Part shown: in pieces, positions 39,420 through 53,206 of the stretch
Position numbering within the stretch: the stretch's first letter is position 1
Layout: each line of letters starts with the position of its first letter
Origin: Octopus sinensis
Taxonomy: Eukaryota
Direction of reading: 5' to 3'
Length of the DNA: 64,000 nt
NCBI RefSeq assembly: GCF_006345805.1
Contig: NC_043021.1
Span: 5,456,001-5,520,000, forward strand
Made by a program: the position numbers and the translations under genes
Notes under the pieces: model-generated
The model's database searches: none
The model's input: the letters and a program-made list of their open reading frames with translations, nothing else
What the model was told of the DNA's origin: nothing

Positions 39420-40100
39420 GATATTAATGTTGTTATATAGGTGATATATTGTTTTATATGTGATATGGAAATGATATTAACATTTATACGTGGATGGTGC
39501 TACTTTTTTTGGGGTGGTGTGTGAATGATATTAATACATGGATGAAGTGACCGTTTATATGTGATTATTATTAATTATTATTAATGTTTATATGTTGGTG
39601 ATATTAATATTTTCATGTATATCAGTGTTAATATATGTCTGATGCTAATGTTTATATGCAGATAATATTAATGTAAATAATATGAGTGATGTTAATGTTC
39701 ACATGTGGGTAATATTAATTTTAACATGTAGCTGATAGTTATGTTCATCTGAGAGTGATATTGTTTATATGTAATTATATTAACAGTTAATGTAGGTGTT
39801 ATAAATATTAATATAATAGTAATATCAACGTGGTGATATTTAATATGTACGTGATAGTAATGTTAATCTGTGGGTAATATTAACATTTAATACATGAATA
39901 ATATTAATGTTAATATGTAAATGATATTAATGTTAATATGCCACTGATATCAATGTTTATATGAGGATGATATTAATGTTTACACGGGTAGTATTAACTT
40001 TAATATGCAAGTGATATGACTGTTATTATATGAAACCACTTTGGTACCACGTATGTGATATTTGTATATGGTGATATTAGTATTGTTGTTTTATGAAGGG
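39420..40100 (+). repeat. Degenerate AT-rich minisatellite, consensus about GTGATATTAATGTTTATAT
   Basis: Recurring tgatattaatgtt(t/a)atatg at roughly 20-bp spacing. Confidence 0.7.
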
Positions 40101-41660
40101 GATATGTAATGTTTATTATATAGGGGCATATCAAACATGGAAGGGATCAGTGTTAATAATTTAACCACAGTGTTTGTTTTCTTCCCCTTTTCCCCATTGT
40201 GAAAAATGGGGTGTGTGTGGGTCTTTATAAAATCAACCAATCAATGAAAATAATTACACCCTCTCCCCCACTTTCTTATTGGCATTATGGACCTTGTTCT
40301 TATGTTAGGGACCCTTTAAAATCCAAAAGATGGGGAGTGGTGCGAGTAGAGGAAAATCACCTAAAACCGAACAAAAACAAAGAAAAATGTAGAAAAATTC
40401 ATTTATTTTCATTTATTCATTTATTATTTTTTTTATTGATTATTAATTTTCATTGTGAATTTGTACGTACATCCATGCATGTGTGAATTAATTTTCAATT
40501 TATATATTTCTTTAATTACTAGTAACTAATTAAATTACATTTTTGCTTCCTTTTACATAATTTGTCACTAAAATACATTTTCAAGAACTCAAATATATTT
40601 TTTGTATATTTTAAATATACAAACAAAAATCTGTAAATATGTATATATCTTTTTTTTCTTTATATGTATATGCATATATGTTTTCACTTGTATATTTATA
40701 CTTATATATATATATTATTTTATATTTTTCAATTGCATATCTTTTACTTTTCTGTATGTTTATATATATTATTTTCTTTATATTTATATATATTATTTAA
40801 TTCTTATTTTATTAATTCTTATTCCCATATCATACTTTAAAAGAAATTTTTATATGTGTATATATGTATGTTGTTACTTTTATATACATATTTATATTAA
40901 GTGCATATCTTTTACCTTTTTATATTTATATATTATCTATTATCTATATTTAATTCTTATTTACATTTGCAAATCATATATCATACTTTTTTTTTTGTTT
41001 ATCATGCATGAATGAGCTACTCCGCGTTGGTCACCGGAGTGATATTTGATCACTTTATAGAGTGTTTGAGTGTCAGTTTGGTGTCTGGAATGGGATAGCT
41101 TACCTCATGGGCAGGTAGAAGCTCTTTAACCCTGGTTGGTAATATACCTAGGAGAAGGAAATCTCCAAAATAAAACCTGAGGCCTTGGAAGTTCCTGGTT
41201 TTGTCAATGTTCATGTCACACCGGCGAAAGTCTTCTTGGGCCAATAAGTGGGGGTAGGGTAGTGTAGTGCAAGCTAAACCCACTGAAAATTACTCATCTG
41301 CACAGGTACTTCCTGTACACCAAATCTTAGGAAAATCCTTGAATTAGTTGGTTGGTAGAACCCTAAAGAGGCACTTGAAACTTCGCCCAGAATGTCTCAG
41401 TTTCAGTGAATGGCAAAAAAGGCTTGGGAATGTCAGGGGAACAGGTCTGGCTCAGTAGGTGTCCCAGTGTATCACAGGGGGGGACTGTATATATATAGTG
41501 TGTGCATGTTTTGTATTTTTTGTTTTGTTTGTTTACTCTGTCGTTGTTGATGATGATGATGCTATTGCAATTAATATTCTTCACAAGGTAAGATTTTGGA
41601 GTTATTACCACCAAGAACAATTTTGTATTTTAATATACATACATACAAACATATATATAT

Positions 41661-41692
<32 letters not shown>

Positions 41693-42229
41693 ATTAACAG
41701 AAAACAGGTATGGTATTCACTGGTTTCAGAACATACATACAGTTCAGCAAACTGCTAAAATAATTGCTTTACAGTTGTAGAAAACATTATGTTATCATGC
41801 ACTTTACCTCGTCAGTGTCCTGCAATAAATATCTGTATTATTTATTGCAGAATGCTGATGGGATAAAGTGCAAAATTGCATGCTGTTTGCAACAAGTGTT
41901 ATGTAATTATTATGTGCATTTTGGTGAAACACGTGTATGTTCTATAAAGCAGTGTATACCATACCTGGGTTTTGTTAATTATTATTTCTATTATTTGGCT
42001 CGCATTCAACACTTTAGCATTTCATGAGGTTGATGCCCCACACCATACTGCACTGGGTGTTGAAGTGGAGTGTGGAACCCCCTACTGAAACTAAGCCCTT
42101 GTTATGTGTTGCACTTCATAGTTCCTATCTTTTGCTATATATGTATATTGGATGTGTGTGTGTGTGTGTGTTTGGTATGCTTATTATTTCAAAATTTCTT
42201 AATGCTTTCATTAAGATACTCCCTTATTA

Positions 42230-42660
42230 TTATTATTATTATTATTATTATTGAGTGAGAGAGCAGTTCATGCCATCAAAGTGACACTGGAGTAAAATAT
42301 ACGAAGCCCAATATACCCATCATGACTACCCGTCTGATAAGGGTACGCCAGGCATATGCATCACAACCATATGTGCTCGACATGGTGATCTCATATCAAG
42401 ATAAACAGCACATGACCTTGCAGGTGGGGCCCAGTTAGAATTTTCTTCATGTTGAGTAGCCCATCCCGCTCAAAAGGTCCCTGAATAAGGGTTGTTTAAG
42501 GATGTTGAAAGAACCACCCATGTTTCCAGAGGTGAATTATTCAAACCCCAAAGAATCCCTCTCAACACATGGCTATAATGCTCCCCCACTACTTCTGCTC
42601 GTGATCAGAGATGCACATATCGTCAGCCACTAAGGGACATGCTCAACTGGTTAAGGTCAA
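42230..42660 (-). mobile_element. Probable non-autonomous retroelement with an (AAT)n tail
   Basis: About 400-bp GC-balanced block abutting (ATT)n at its left end, with a sharp composition change; family not identified. Confidence 0.4.
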
Positions 42661-43311
42661 ATATTATTATTATTATCATTAATATTGTTGTTGTTTTGTA
42701 TCATTAAAGCATTGGATGTGAAATGCCTTGTGATATTTTGTTCTGGCTCTTTCCAATTTGAGTTCAAATCCCATGAAGGTCAACTTTGCTTTCTGTTCCT
42801 TCCAAGTTTAACAAGATAAAGTACCAGTCAAATGCTGAGGTCAACTTAATTGACCAACCTTCTCCCTCTTCAATTTATGATATTTTGCCTATGCTAGAAG
42901 CAATTATTATTATTATTGTCATTATTAAGATGACGAGCCAGCAGATTTGTTAGCACACGGGCTTAGCAGTATTTCGTCCGTCTTTACGTTCTGAGTTCAA
43001 ATGCCACAGAGGTCAACTTTACCTTTCATCCTTTAGGGGTTGATAAAATAGTACCAGTTGGTTACTGGGGTCGATGTAATTGACTTATCCCCTCCCCTGA
43101 ACTTGCTGACCTTGTGCCCAAATTCAAAACCATTATTTATTTATTTATTGTTATTATTTTTATTATTATTATATGTTGTTGTTATTATTTTTATTGTTGT
43201 TGTGGTGGTGGTGTTGTTGTTGTTGTTGTTGCTGTTGCTGTTGTTGTTGTGATGTTATAGCTCACATTTTAGCACTGTCCTAGCCAAGTGACTGTCTTAT
43301 TTTCTCACTAG

Positions 43312-43539
43312 GGGGCACTCTGTCCCTGATTCCCAGCGTCGCTTTGTGCATGAATCTTCACCAATACCTGTGATTGTAATCTCCGAACCAGCCTCTGTCT
43401 CGGAGGAGACTGGCCACCGCCAACCACCGTTGCCGTCGCCACCACTACCTATGCCACCGTCATATTCAGCGTCAGTGGGCGAGGATCCCTATGAAGACCC
43501 GCGTCAGACTGGGGCCACCACCCAGATGTCATCGACGAC
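43312..43539 (+). CDS. PXN: Putative paxillin cassette exon B (76 codons, phase 2-2; Pro-rich, YEDP)
   Basis: Acceptor gtcttattttctcactag|G, donor ACG AC|GTTAGT; 228 nt. Encodes GHSVPDSQRRFVHESSPIPVIVISEPASVSEETGHRQPPLPSPPLPMPPSYSASVGEDPYEDPRQTGATTQMSST. Confidence 0.72.
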
Positions 43540-44081
43540 GTTAGTACACACGGGTTCCTCTTGTCTCACTAACCGTTTCACTCGAATAACCCTTCCGGAA
43601 CTCTATCTGCGCCAAAGCTGCTCTTTATTGCTACAGGTCACTTCTTGTTTACTTACTCACTGCACCTTTTTTGGGCTGAAATGTTACGTAAAATGTGTGT
43701 GTGTTTGTGTGTGTGGATGGAATTTGACTTACTACTCTGATTTTCTTGCAAAGAGTAGTCTTTTGGTCAGTTAGCAGCATTATCTTTTTTCTTTCGTTTT
43801 CTCTCTCCCTCTTTCTTTCTCTCCCTCTTTCTTTCTCTCCCTCTTTCTTTCTCTCCCTCTTTCCTATGCACTTTACTAACTTAGTATTAACTTATTCATA
43901 GTTATATATCTTTCTGTCAATATATCTATCTATTTTCTACACACATATCTACATAACTCACTGTCTATCTATGTATCTGTCTGTCTCTGTCTATCTATCA
44001 GTCTATCTTTTTACCTGTCTTTCTATCTATCTACCTTTCTATCTATCTACGTTTCTGTCTATCCATCTATCTATTTACCTT

Positions 44082-44123
<42 letters not shown>

Positions 44124-44321
44124 CATCTATCTATCTATTTATCCATCTATCTATCTATTTATCTATCCATCTATCTATTTATCTATCCATCTATCTATCT
44201 ATTTATCCATTTATCTATCTATTTGTCCATCTATCTATCTATTTATCTATCCATCTATCTATCCATCTATCCATCTATCTATCCATCCATCCATCTATCT
44301 ATCTATCCATCCATCCATCTA

Positions 44322-45427
44322 CCTACCTACCTACCTACCTACCTATATACCTGGGTGGGTTACTGGTTCCTAGAAACGTAGTCAGGCCACTTAGAATAAA
44401 ACTCTCAAGGTCCTGGGTGGGAGTGCTAATATATTTTATTAAAACTTATATAATCCAACAAGATACATCTTTGGATGAACCAAAATATCAACATAAATTG
44501 GCTGATTTGCTTTAAGAATGTTCACCCACCATGTGACACAAGGATCTGGCTTTAATCCCTCTGTCCACTGCCAATTTTACATCCTGGTATCAGTGCTCCA
44601 GTATGGCAACAAACCCATTCGATGGATTAGGATTAGTAAAACAGAATCATGTAAGCTGTTAAGATGGTGTATCATTTCTGTCTGTCTGTCTGTCTGTCTT
44701 TCTGCCCCCCCCCTCTCTCATCTACTCGTTTCTCTCTATCACTCTTTCTCACCCTCTCTCTTTCTCTCCCCCTTTCTCTTTCATGACATTTCATCCAAAA
44801 TGTTAGTTTACTTTAAATTCTTGATCTTGTTCTCATATGTTGGTAAAAGGCTAATGGTACCGTCATATTTAGTAGTTTTTTTCAAAGTCTAGTAGAAATA
44901 GCAGTTGAAAGTCTAGTAGTAGTAGTAATTGTAGAAGTTTTTTTTATTATCATTATTAAGGCTGTGAGCTAGCAAAATCATTAGCATGCTGGACGAAATG
45001 TCTAAAACAGGAAGTTTGTATCATAGAACCAAGGGTTGGTCTCAGGTATAATTGGTATTGATTAGTTAAAACAGATATGTGAAGAAATTTTTTTCAAAAA
45101 AATATAACAAAATGCAGCAAAAAGTGATGGTGGGGGTGCCAATTCTAAAATTTCAGCTTTTTTGTTTTACCTACCTCCCTCCCTACCTACCTACCTACCT
45201 ACCTATATACCTGGGTGGGTTACTGGTTCCTAGAAACGTAGTCAGGCCACTTAGAATAAAACTCTCAAGGTCCTGGGTGGGAGTGCTAATATATTTTATT
45301 AAAACTTATATAATCCAACAAGGTACATCTTTGGATGAGCCAAAATATCAACATAAGTTGGCTGATTTGCTTTAAGAATGTTCACCCACCATGTGACACA
45401 AGGATCTGGCTTTAATCCTTCTGTCCA
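44322..45427 (+). repeat. About 245-bp direct duplication (44322-44567 and 45182-45427, offset 860)
   Basis: Identical except for 4 substitutions; both copies start in (CTAC)n. Confidence 0.93.
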
Positions 45428-46361
45428 GCAAAAAATTGTGTTTTTGCTTTGAAGTATGGCCTTGATAGATGGCAGTTAACTTCAGTGGCCCTCTGCCTCT
45501 TGGGTGCCTCTTCTCCTCCAAATTGTGGCCCTGTGCCTGTTAAAAACAGTGGTAGATAGTTAGATGTTGTGGTAACTGTAGTTGTGTAACAATAAAAGGT
45601 ATGGTTATATTATTGTGGTGGGGGAAAGCACCTGTGCAAATAATCTCTTGGTTATATCGTCATCATCATTGTCATCATCAACATTATCCTCATCATTATT
45701 TAACACCACTTTTTTCCATGCTGGCATGGGTGGGATGGTTTGACTGAAACTGGTGAACCAGAGAGCTGTTCTGAGCTCCAGTGTCTTCTTTGGTATGCTT
45801 CCTAAGGATTTGATGTCCTTCCTAATGCCAACCACTTTAGAGAGTGAACTGTGTGGTCTTCTTGTGGCACTAGCACAAAGAGGTCCCCAAGTACTCACAA
45901 GTCAAGCTGTTCAAGCCATACCAAAGTAGACCGTGGAGTTTAGTGCAATCTTGTGGTTCATCAGTTCTGGTCAAATGTCCAGCCCTTGGGCCAGCATAAA
46001 AGAAAAAAGACATTGAAGGATGATGATGATGATGATGATATATATGTATGCACACACACACACACACATACCATTTTTTGATATTTTGTCAATTAAACAC
46101 ATACACTATATACTTGGCCTTTGCTTCAGTATTATTATTATTATTATTAGTTTCTTTGTCAAAGCTCTTTCGTCACGACCTATGACCTCGTCAGTGACTC
46201 TCTATCCCATGCCACTCTCGTTCTGCTTATTCCAATGGAATAAAGGGCTTAGTCAAAGACACTAAAATAATACTAATAATAATAATATAATAATAATAAT
46301 AATAATAAAGCTGAAGTGAAGACCAAATATATAGTGCAAGTGTTTAATTGGCAATATATAT

Positions 46362-46590
46362 ATATGCTTTATTTAAAGCAGCAGAAAATTCCACAAAACC
46401 TGTCACTCTGAGTTTCGCGTTGCCGTTCGTCGGACAGTTTTTGCTAAACTGTCCGACGAACGGCAACGCAAAACTCAGAGTAACAGGTTTTGTGGAATTT
46501 TCTGCTGCTTTAAATAAAGCATATTACTCTACCACTGGTATTTGAGTACTCTTTTTTCCACCTTGTTTCACATTTATGTGTTTACTCCGG
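46362..46590. mobile_element. (TA)n-flanked palindrome carrying two inverted minimal type-I hammerhead-like motifs (Penelope-like relic)
   Basis: Arms 46362-46440 and 46446-46524. Each reads CTGT-CCGACGA-ACG(GCAA)CGC-(G/A)AAA-CTC(A)GAG-T(A/G)-ACAG. Confidence 0.65.
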
Positions 46591-49500
46591 TATATATATA
46601 TGTGTTCAAATATTTGTCCATTGGGTAGCTTGCTTTCTAACAACAAAAGCTACAATATTAGCGCTTGCCGCCCATGGTATCACTTGCTTGCCAACTGCAG
46701 GATTTGTGCAGCTTTAAGTTATGTTTGCTCTGCTAGATGCTATATAAAATTTTATTTCATTTTATTTTGTATTTCTGTCTTTTTTTTTTTTTTTGTAAAA
46801 AGAAGGTGAAAATATATTATTGTTTTGAAATCTTTTTTATTAATTTTATTGTTAGTGATGTTGCTGTTTTTCTTCATTCTTCAGGTTTTTTTTGGGGGTT
46901 TTTTTTTGGTTTTTTTTAAAAAAAAACTGAAATGCTTTAAAATCCGAATTATTTCTCGTCAGAACAAAGTATTTGAAGTGGGTTGGTTTGAGATTGGAAT
47001 TGGAAGTTGGGGGGTGGGGTGGAAGACTAAGTATGAGAGTATAAGGAGTAAGTATGAGAGGGTAGGGGTAAAATGTGAAGAGGAAGTAGGGGAGTGTGAG
47101 GAGTGAGTAGAAGAGAGAGAGCGAGGGAAATATGTGAGGAATAGAAAGAGGAGCAAGTGAGGTAGCGTGTGTGTGTGTGTGAGAGAGAGAGATAGAGAGA
47201 ATGTAAAAGAGCAAAAAAGAAGGGAGAATTATTATTTTTTTTACTTATTTTTTTAGTTTAAGATCTTAATCTCTTCCCTTTCACCTTCCACAATGGTAAC
47301 TTTTAACAGATTTGAAATATGCTATCAACCCACCTCCTTCCTTCCATGTTAACATAGAAGGAAAGATTCTCTACAACATTCACACACTTTGTCACATTCC
47401 TCCATTTCACAATCTCACATTAAATCACAGATATTCCATTTTCCTATTTCACCAGACCAAGCAGCTCCCAAACTTATTTCAGCAAGGAACCCATCATACG
47501 ATTTTCCAAAACTTGCAGAACCCATACTGATTTACAAACAATCTCTCGTGCCCTAATTTTGGTTTGAAATTTTGGCACAACACCAACAATTTTGAGTGAG
47601 GGTTCTAGTCAATTACATTGACCACTGTGCTCAACTGATGCTTATTGTATCAACCCCAAGAGGATGAAAGGCAAAGTCAATCTTGGCAGAATTTGAACTC
47701 AGAGCATGAAGATGGATGAAATGCCTTTAAGCACTTTGTCCAGTGTACAAATGATTCTGTAAGCTTGTCTTCACTAGCACCCTAATTTTTATTAAGACAT
47801 GGAATGACATAAAAACCGTTTTAGAGGGTGAATTTAGTTAAATATTAAAAAAATATTTAAACATACACCAAGAGTAATTTTAAAATGGTGAAGCTATGAA
47901 CAGCACCTCTTCTCCGCTTTGTCTATGGAGCCTGCTTCAGAACGACAATGCTATCTCATGCTCTTGATGCACTAATACCATCTATTCATTTTACAAACAT
48001 ATGTCTTTGGCGTTAGGAAGGGCATCCAGCTGTAGTAACACTGCCAGATCTGACTGGGCCTGGTGCAGCCTTCGGGCTTCCCAGACCCCAGTTGAACCGT
48101 CCAACCCATGCTAGCATGGAAAACGGACGTTAAATGATGATGATGTCTGCCCATCAGTGATGAGGGCTATTTTTAATCATCCTTAAGGATGACTGATGAC
48201 TTGCAGTGGCTTCGAGATTTCGATGATGTGATTGTTTTTTTTGTTTTTTTTTAGAATGACATTGTGACAGGCCAGGCCTGTCCAGTTTGAACATAAAGTA
48301 TTTGGGCCAGATGTGGCCAGTTTAAATCCTAGCAGGTTAAAGTAAAGAAGAGTTGTGCACTGACAGCCTCACTGTTTTGTTCATGCCTGTCTTCAATCCA
48401 TTGGCAAGGCTACATTAAAACAAGGATTAAGACAGATGCAGGAATGACCAAGATGTCTTACTTGCTTCATTTTGCTTTCTGTACTTTACAATGCATTACT
48501 GCAGCCACTTACCATTCCTTTGAACCATCAAGGTTTCTTCTACAGGATCCATTGGATCCAGTTTCCACAAACCCCAATATTCTAATTAATCCATAGGTGG
48601 GACCATGGCAAGTGCTACCCAGGTCAGAGTAGATCTGGGAACAACAGTGGCTAAAATGTGGTTCTACACTCCTCAAACTTTGGAACTGCTTAATCAGAGC
48701 CCCTCAACACGATGTCGCTTAAAGTCATAACCATCCACACACAAAATCTTCATAAACAGGTTTTTTCTTATAAAATAAATTTTATGTGGAACCCCAGAAT
48801 TTTTTCAGACCTTACTTTGAGAATTCTTGGATTAGATTATTGTGTGTGTGTGTGTGTGCGTGAGTGTGAGAGAGAGAGAGAGAGAGGAGAGGAGAGGGTG
48901 TGAGAGGCATGGTACATGGGGTGGGTGTCATTCAGAAGTAAGTTCTATAGACTTGGGGCTGGATGCAAGGCAACAATCCATAGTTTTGGATGGCCTCACC
49001 AAATTCTTGTGGCTTCACAATTCAGTGGTTATCCCCCTGGGAAGTGATGACCACAACACCTTGTCTCACTTCACAGGTTTACTTGTGGGATGAGACAGGA
49101 TGTTGTTTGTTGACCAGTCTTGTAGCAGCCATTGGTCATTTTGTTTCTTTTATCTAATAATTTCTGGTTATTTCTTCTCAGGAGTAAGTTGAGCTATCAT
49201 CTAAAACTTCTGGTGGTCACATTTGAAGATGAAAGCTTTTTTAAAGTGCTTTGGATGCTGGTCTTGTTACTTCTAAATGGTCCCTTGTGAAGAAAAAGTT
49301 GTCTTTAGCTGGCCAATTGTGAGAGAACAGTTACAGTATCTGACGGTCATTCTAAATAAAGATATTGTTCAGCTGTTGGTCTTGTTACTTCTAAATGGAT
49401 AGTGGATTAGGGGCATTATCCATCTGATAATCATTTATGAAGTGTGAGTCAAGGATTCTAATGGTCTGTTGTAAAGGAAATGTCATTTTCTGATGGTCAC

Positions 49501-50018
49501 TTACCCATGGGATGTAATGGTTTTTGATGGTCACTTGTAACAAGTTGTAATTCTTCAGTAAACACTTGAACCAGGCCTTTTTTCTAAGGAATAAGTTTCT
49601 AGTTTTCCTCTCATGAATTTTGGAGACTCTGGGAAAGGTCTTGGTTACTGTTCTTCCTCATCTGAGTCAACCATTAAAAGCAAACAAGATAAAACAAAAC
49701 AAAAACTAATAAATTTATTAACAAATATGGTTATGTGGTTTAAGAACTTTGTTTTGCAACCATAGGGTCTCAGGTTTAAACCCATTGTACAAGGGTCTTC
49801 AATAGGTGAATGTCTTGTGAGTGAAATTGGCAGACAGAAATTGCATGGAAACCCATTGTGTATGTGTGTGTTTGTGCTCGTATGTATGTGTATAAATGTA
49901 TGTATACATACATGTACATATGTGTGTGTGTATATATATATCTATATTTATTTACATGTATATACACACATATACAAGTATATGTGTGCATGTGCTTATA
50001 TATATATATATATATATA

Positions 50019-50235
50019 AAATTAGAGATAAAACCACTATTAGGCAAATCAAACAGTGAAAAACATAAACCAAAACAGAAATAAAATTAATTAATATAAT
50101 ATACAAAATATATAAAATTCAAAATTTAAATTATTATATATTATTATTATTATTATATTAATTAATTTTATTTCTATGTTTTGGTTTATGTTTTTCACTG
50201 TTTGATTTGCCTAATAGTGGTTTTATCTCTAATTT
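50019..50235. repeat. (TA)n-flanked fold-back with about 80-bp arms
   Basis: aaattagagataaaaccactattaggcaaatc... versus ...gatttgcctaatagtggttttatctctaattt. Confidence 0.88.
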
Positions 50236-50414
50236 AATATATATATATATATATATTTATACTGTAAAATTGGATTTAATCCTAAATCTAATTTTTCCCT
50301 GTAAGTTTGGATTTACTCCCTAATATATATATATATTTTGACTATTTATTATAATTTTATGTATTGATTAAGTCTTTCCTTTTTGTTTGCAAAATAGTGG
50401 TTTTGTCTCGAATA

Positions 50415-50470
<56 letters not shown>

Positions 50471-51235
50471 GTATGCATGTCTGTGTGTGTCTGTCTGTCT
50501 TTGTTTGACACTGCTTGAAGAACAAAAAAAAAACAGTGTCCATGTTTATTCACTATAACTTAGAGATGTAATAAATGTAAATTGCTAAAATAAGTACCAA
50601 AGTTGCAAAACAAGAACACGAATACTGGGATTGACGTAAATGACTAAAACCCTTCAAGACATTGCTCCAGTATGGCAGCGACCAAGAGACTAGAACAAGT
50701 CCCATGACTAAAAGAAATCCTTATCTTGTCATGGTATAAGCGGTTAATTCATTTAAACTGCGACCTTGTCACTGACATTTGTGATATTCTTCGAGCCCAG
50801 TTTCTAAATAAAGTACGTTCTAAATAAAGTATATTCTGAGAGGAAGGGAGGAAGGTAGGAAGGAAGGAAGGGGTAGAAGGGGGTAAAAGTATGCATTTTC
50901 TCTCAGTAACCAGTATTTCTGTTATTCAAGAACTGTTGATTGTCTTTGATGCTGTTAGTTGCTGGAATATGCGGCATATTGTAGTTATATTGGAATCTGT
51001 ATATAGTTTCATATTTATACTTGTTTGAGTAGTAGTATGTAGTGGTGTTGTCGTATATGTAGCAGTATATGACAGTGTTGTAGTTATTTTAGTAATATAA
51101 GGTGGTGAGATTGTATTGGTTGTAGTATATAGTGGTATCTAGTGTATATACTGCTATATAGTAGTGGTTTGGTTGTATTGATAGTAGTGTTTAGTGGTGT
51201 ACAGTATATATTCTATTATATACTAGCAGAATATA

Positions 51236-51530
51236 GGCGCAGGAGTGGCTGTGTGGTAAGTAGCTTGCTTACCAACCACATGGTTCCAGGTTCAATTCCA
51301 CTGCATGGCATCTTGGGCAAGTGTCTTCCACTATAGTCTCGGGCTGACCAAAGCCTTGTGAGTGTTTACGTCGCCGTCACTTAGCGGTTCGGCAAAAGAG
51401 ACCGATAGAATAAGTACTGGGCTTACAAAGAATAAGTCCCGGGGTTGATTTGCTCGACTAAAGGTGGTGCTCCAGCATGGCCGCAGTCAAATGACTGAAA
51501 CAAGTAAAAGAGTAAAAAGAGTAAAGAGAG
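51236..51530 (+). mobile_element. SINE family A with an internal deletion
   Basis: The head joins the tail directly at gccttgtgagtg|tttacgtcgccg. Confidence 0.8.
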
Positions 51531-52856
51531 TGTATCATCATTTCATCTCACCTCAGTTATGCTGCTTCCCCAGATTCCCATGACTCTCCGTCGCTACCCA
51601 ATCCACTATTCCTGAGAGGGTCATGGAGATAGAGTCCTCAGGCTTGAGTCATAGTGAGTCTCTCATTAGCTGATTACACAACCATGGACGTTGTCCCTAT
51701 GGATGCATGGCCGTTGCTCCCTTGATAGAGCTTGGTGATCCTGTCTGTTGATCTTCTAGGATTCCTCTGCCCAGCGTCAACACAAGAATCACTGTTGGCT
51801 CATTTGGGCTCCTCTGCTCCCTCTTCACAATTTGCCATGCTGCACTCCCATGACTTCGCTGTATCCCTGGCAGGGTGGCTGAGTGGGTGCTATGTCTTGC
51901 CAAAAGGGTGGCCTGTAACTATGCAGGACACTGTTGTTACACAGCCACACACACACACACACACACACACAAATCATGCACCCATTAACCATACCCTACT
52001 CCCTCTTATGCCCTTCAGTATAGAACCTTCAGGGGACAAATAGGATAGGAGATTCATTCTCCTGTTACATGGTGGTAGTGGTAGTGGTTGTAGTAGTGGT
52101 AGTAGTTATGATTGAGGTGCTTGTAATAGTGGTAGAAAAAAATGCCCAGATTTTTCCCCCTTTTTTTTTTCCTCCTCTCCTTTGCACATAGGGTATTTAT
52201 ATCAAAGTCTCTCCCTATGAACAATAAGCAGAGTGGTGGGGCACAGGGGGGGGGGGTAGAGAATCCCCTTTCTTCCCCTGCCCCCTTTATCCTCCCTGGT
52301 CCCTACCAAAAAAAAACTACTTAACTGCATTATTGTTTCAAGTGAATACCAAGGGCTGCTTTTTTTTTACTGAAAAAAAATCAAGGAATACCGATTTAGC
52401 TGACATTCAAACCTAAGTGAGCAACTAAGCCAAACATCGGTTGTCTTTTGGTCTTTCAATCTTTTCAACGCAAAGACTTGAGTGATGAAAGCTTTACCTG
52501 TAACTCCCACCTTTCTGTGCGCACGCACGCACGTAGTATATAGACTTCTTAATGAAACAAGATAGGGGTTTGTACCATACTCCTGTTGATGCTGCCGCCA
52601 TTAGTGGTGGTGGTGGTGGTGATGGTGGTGGAGGGTTCCAACCTCACTATAATCTTCCCAGCTGTTCTTCGTAAATGCTTTTAGCAGTTTGATTGTTGTT
52701 GTTCTTGTTTTTACCATTATTATTATTATTATTATTATTATTATCATCATCATTATTTATTGTGTAGACATTGGACACCAGTGAGGTAGTTCCTAAACTG
52801 TTAGCTATTTCTGTCGAATATGTGAGAGAGAGTGTGTGTGTGTGTGGCTGTGTTTG

Positions 52857-52900
<44 letters not shown>

Positions 52901-53206
52901 TAAATATACACACATACACTCTTTTATTCTTATTAGTTTTAGTCACTCGATTACAACTATGCTAAGGTACCATGTTCAAGGGTTTAGTGTGGTACAGGAT
53001 GTTCATCGCTTCCACACAGTTTCTGTTTACCAATTGCCACTCATAAGGTAATATTCAACCTGAGACTTTAGTAGGAGACACTTGCTGAAGGGTACTGTGC
53101 ACTAGTATTGAGATGTGAGCCAGTTGCTGCAGCAGAAACATGTTGGTCATTGTTATTTATGCTGTAGGAAACTTTTCAAGAAAGGCTTTGGATGTGAATA
53201 AATCTC

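Noticed and set aside
41020-41340. Possible 5' UTR fragment of an RTE element (ctaggagaaggaaatctcc)
   Set aside because: The resemblance is from memory only, with no ORF, TSD or second copy in the window.
47312-47530. 72-aa non-repetitive ORF after ttttaacag
   Set aside because: Phase 1 does not fit the adjacent exons; no donor and no recognisable motif.
41698-49190. Tiny AG...GT pairs (ttaacag|AAAACAG|gtatgg near 41.7 kb; ctcag|GA|gtaagt near 49.18 kb)
   Set aside because: 7-nt and 2-nt lengths shift the frame; such pairs are expected by chance in 64 kb.
51557-51619. Possible 63-nt phase 2-2 exon (YAASPDSHDSPSLPNPLFLR)
   Set aside because: The donor GG|GTCATG is poor and the acceptor abuts a SINE tail; chance is plausible without RNA data.
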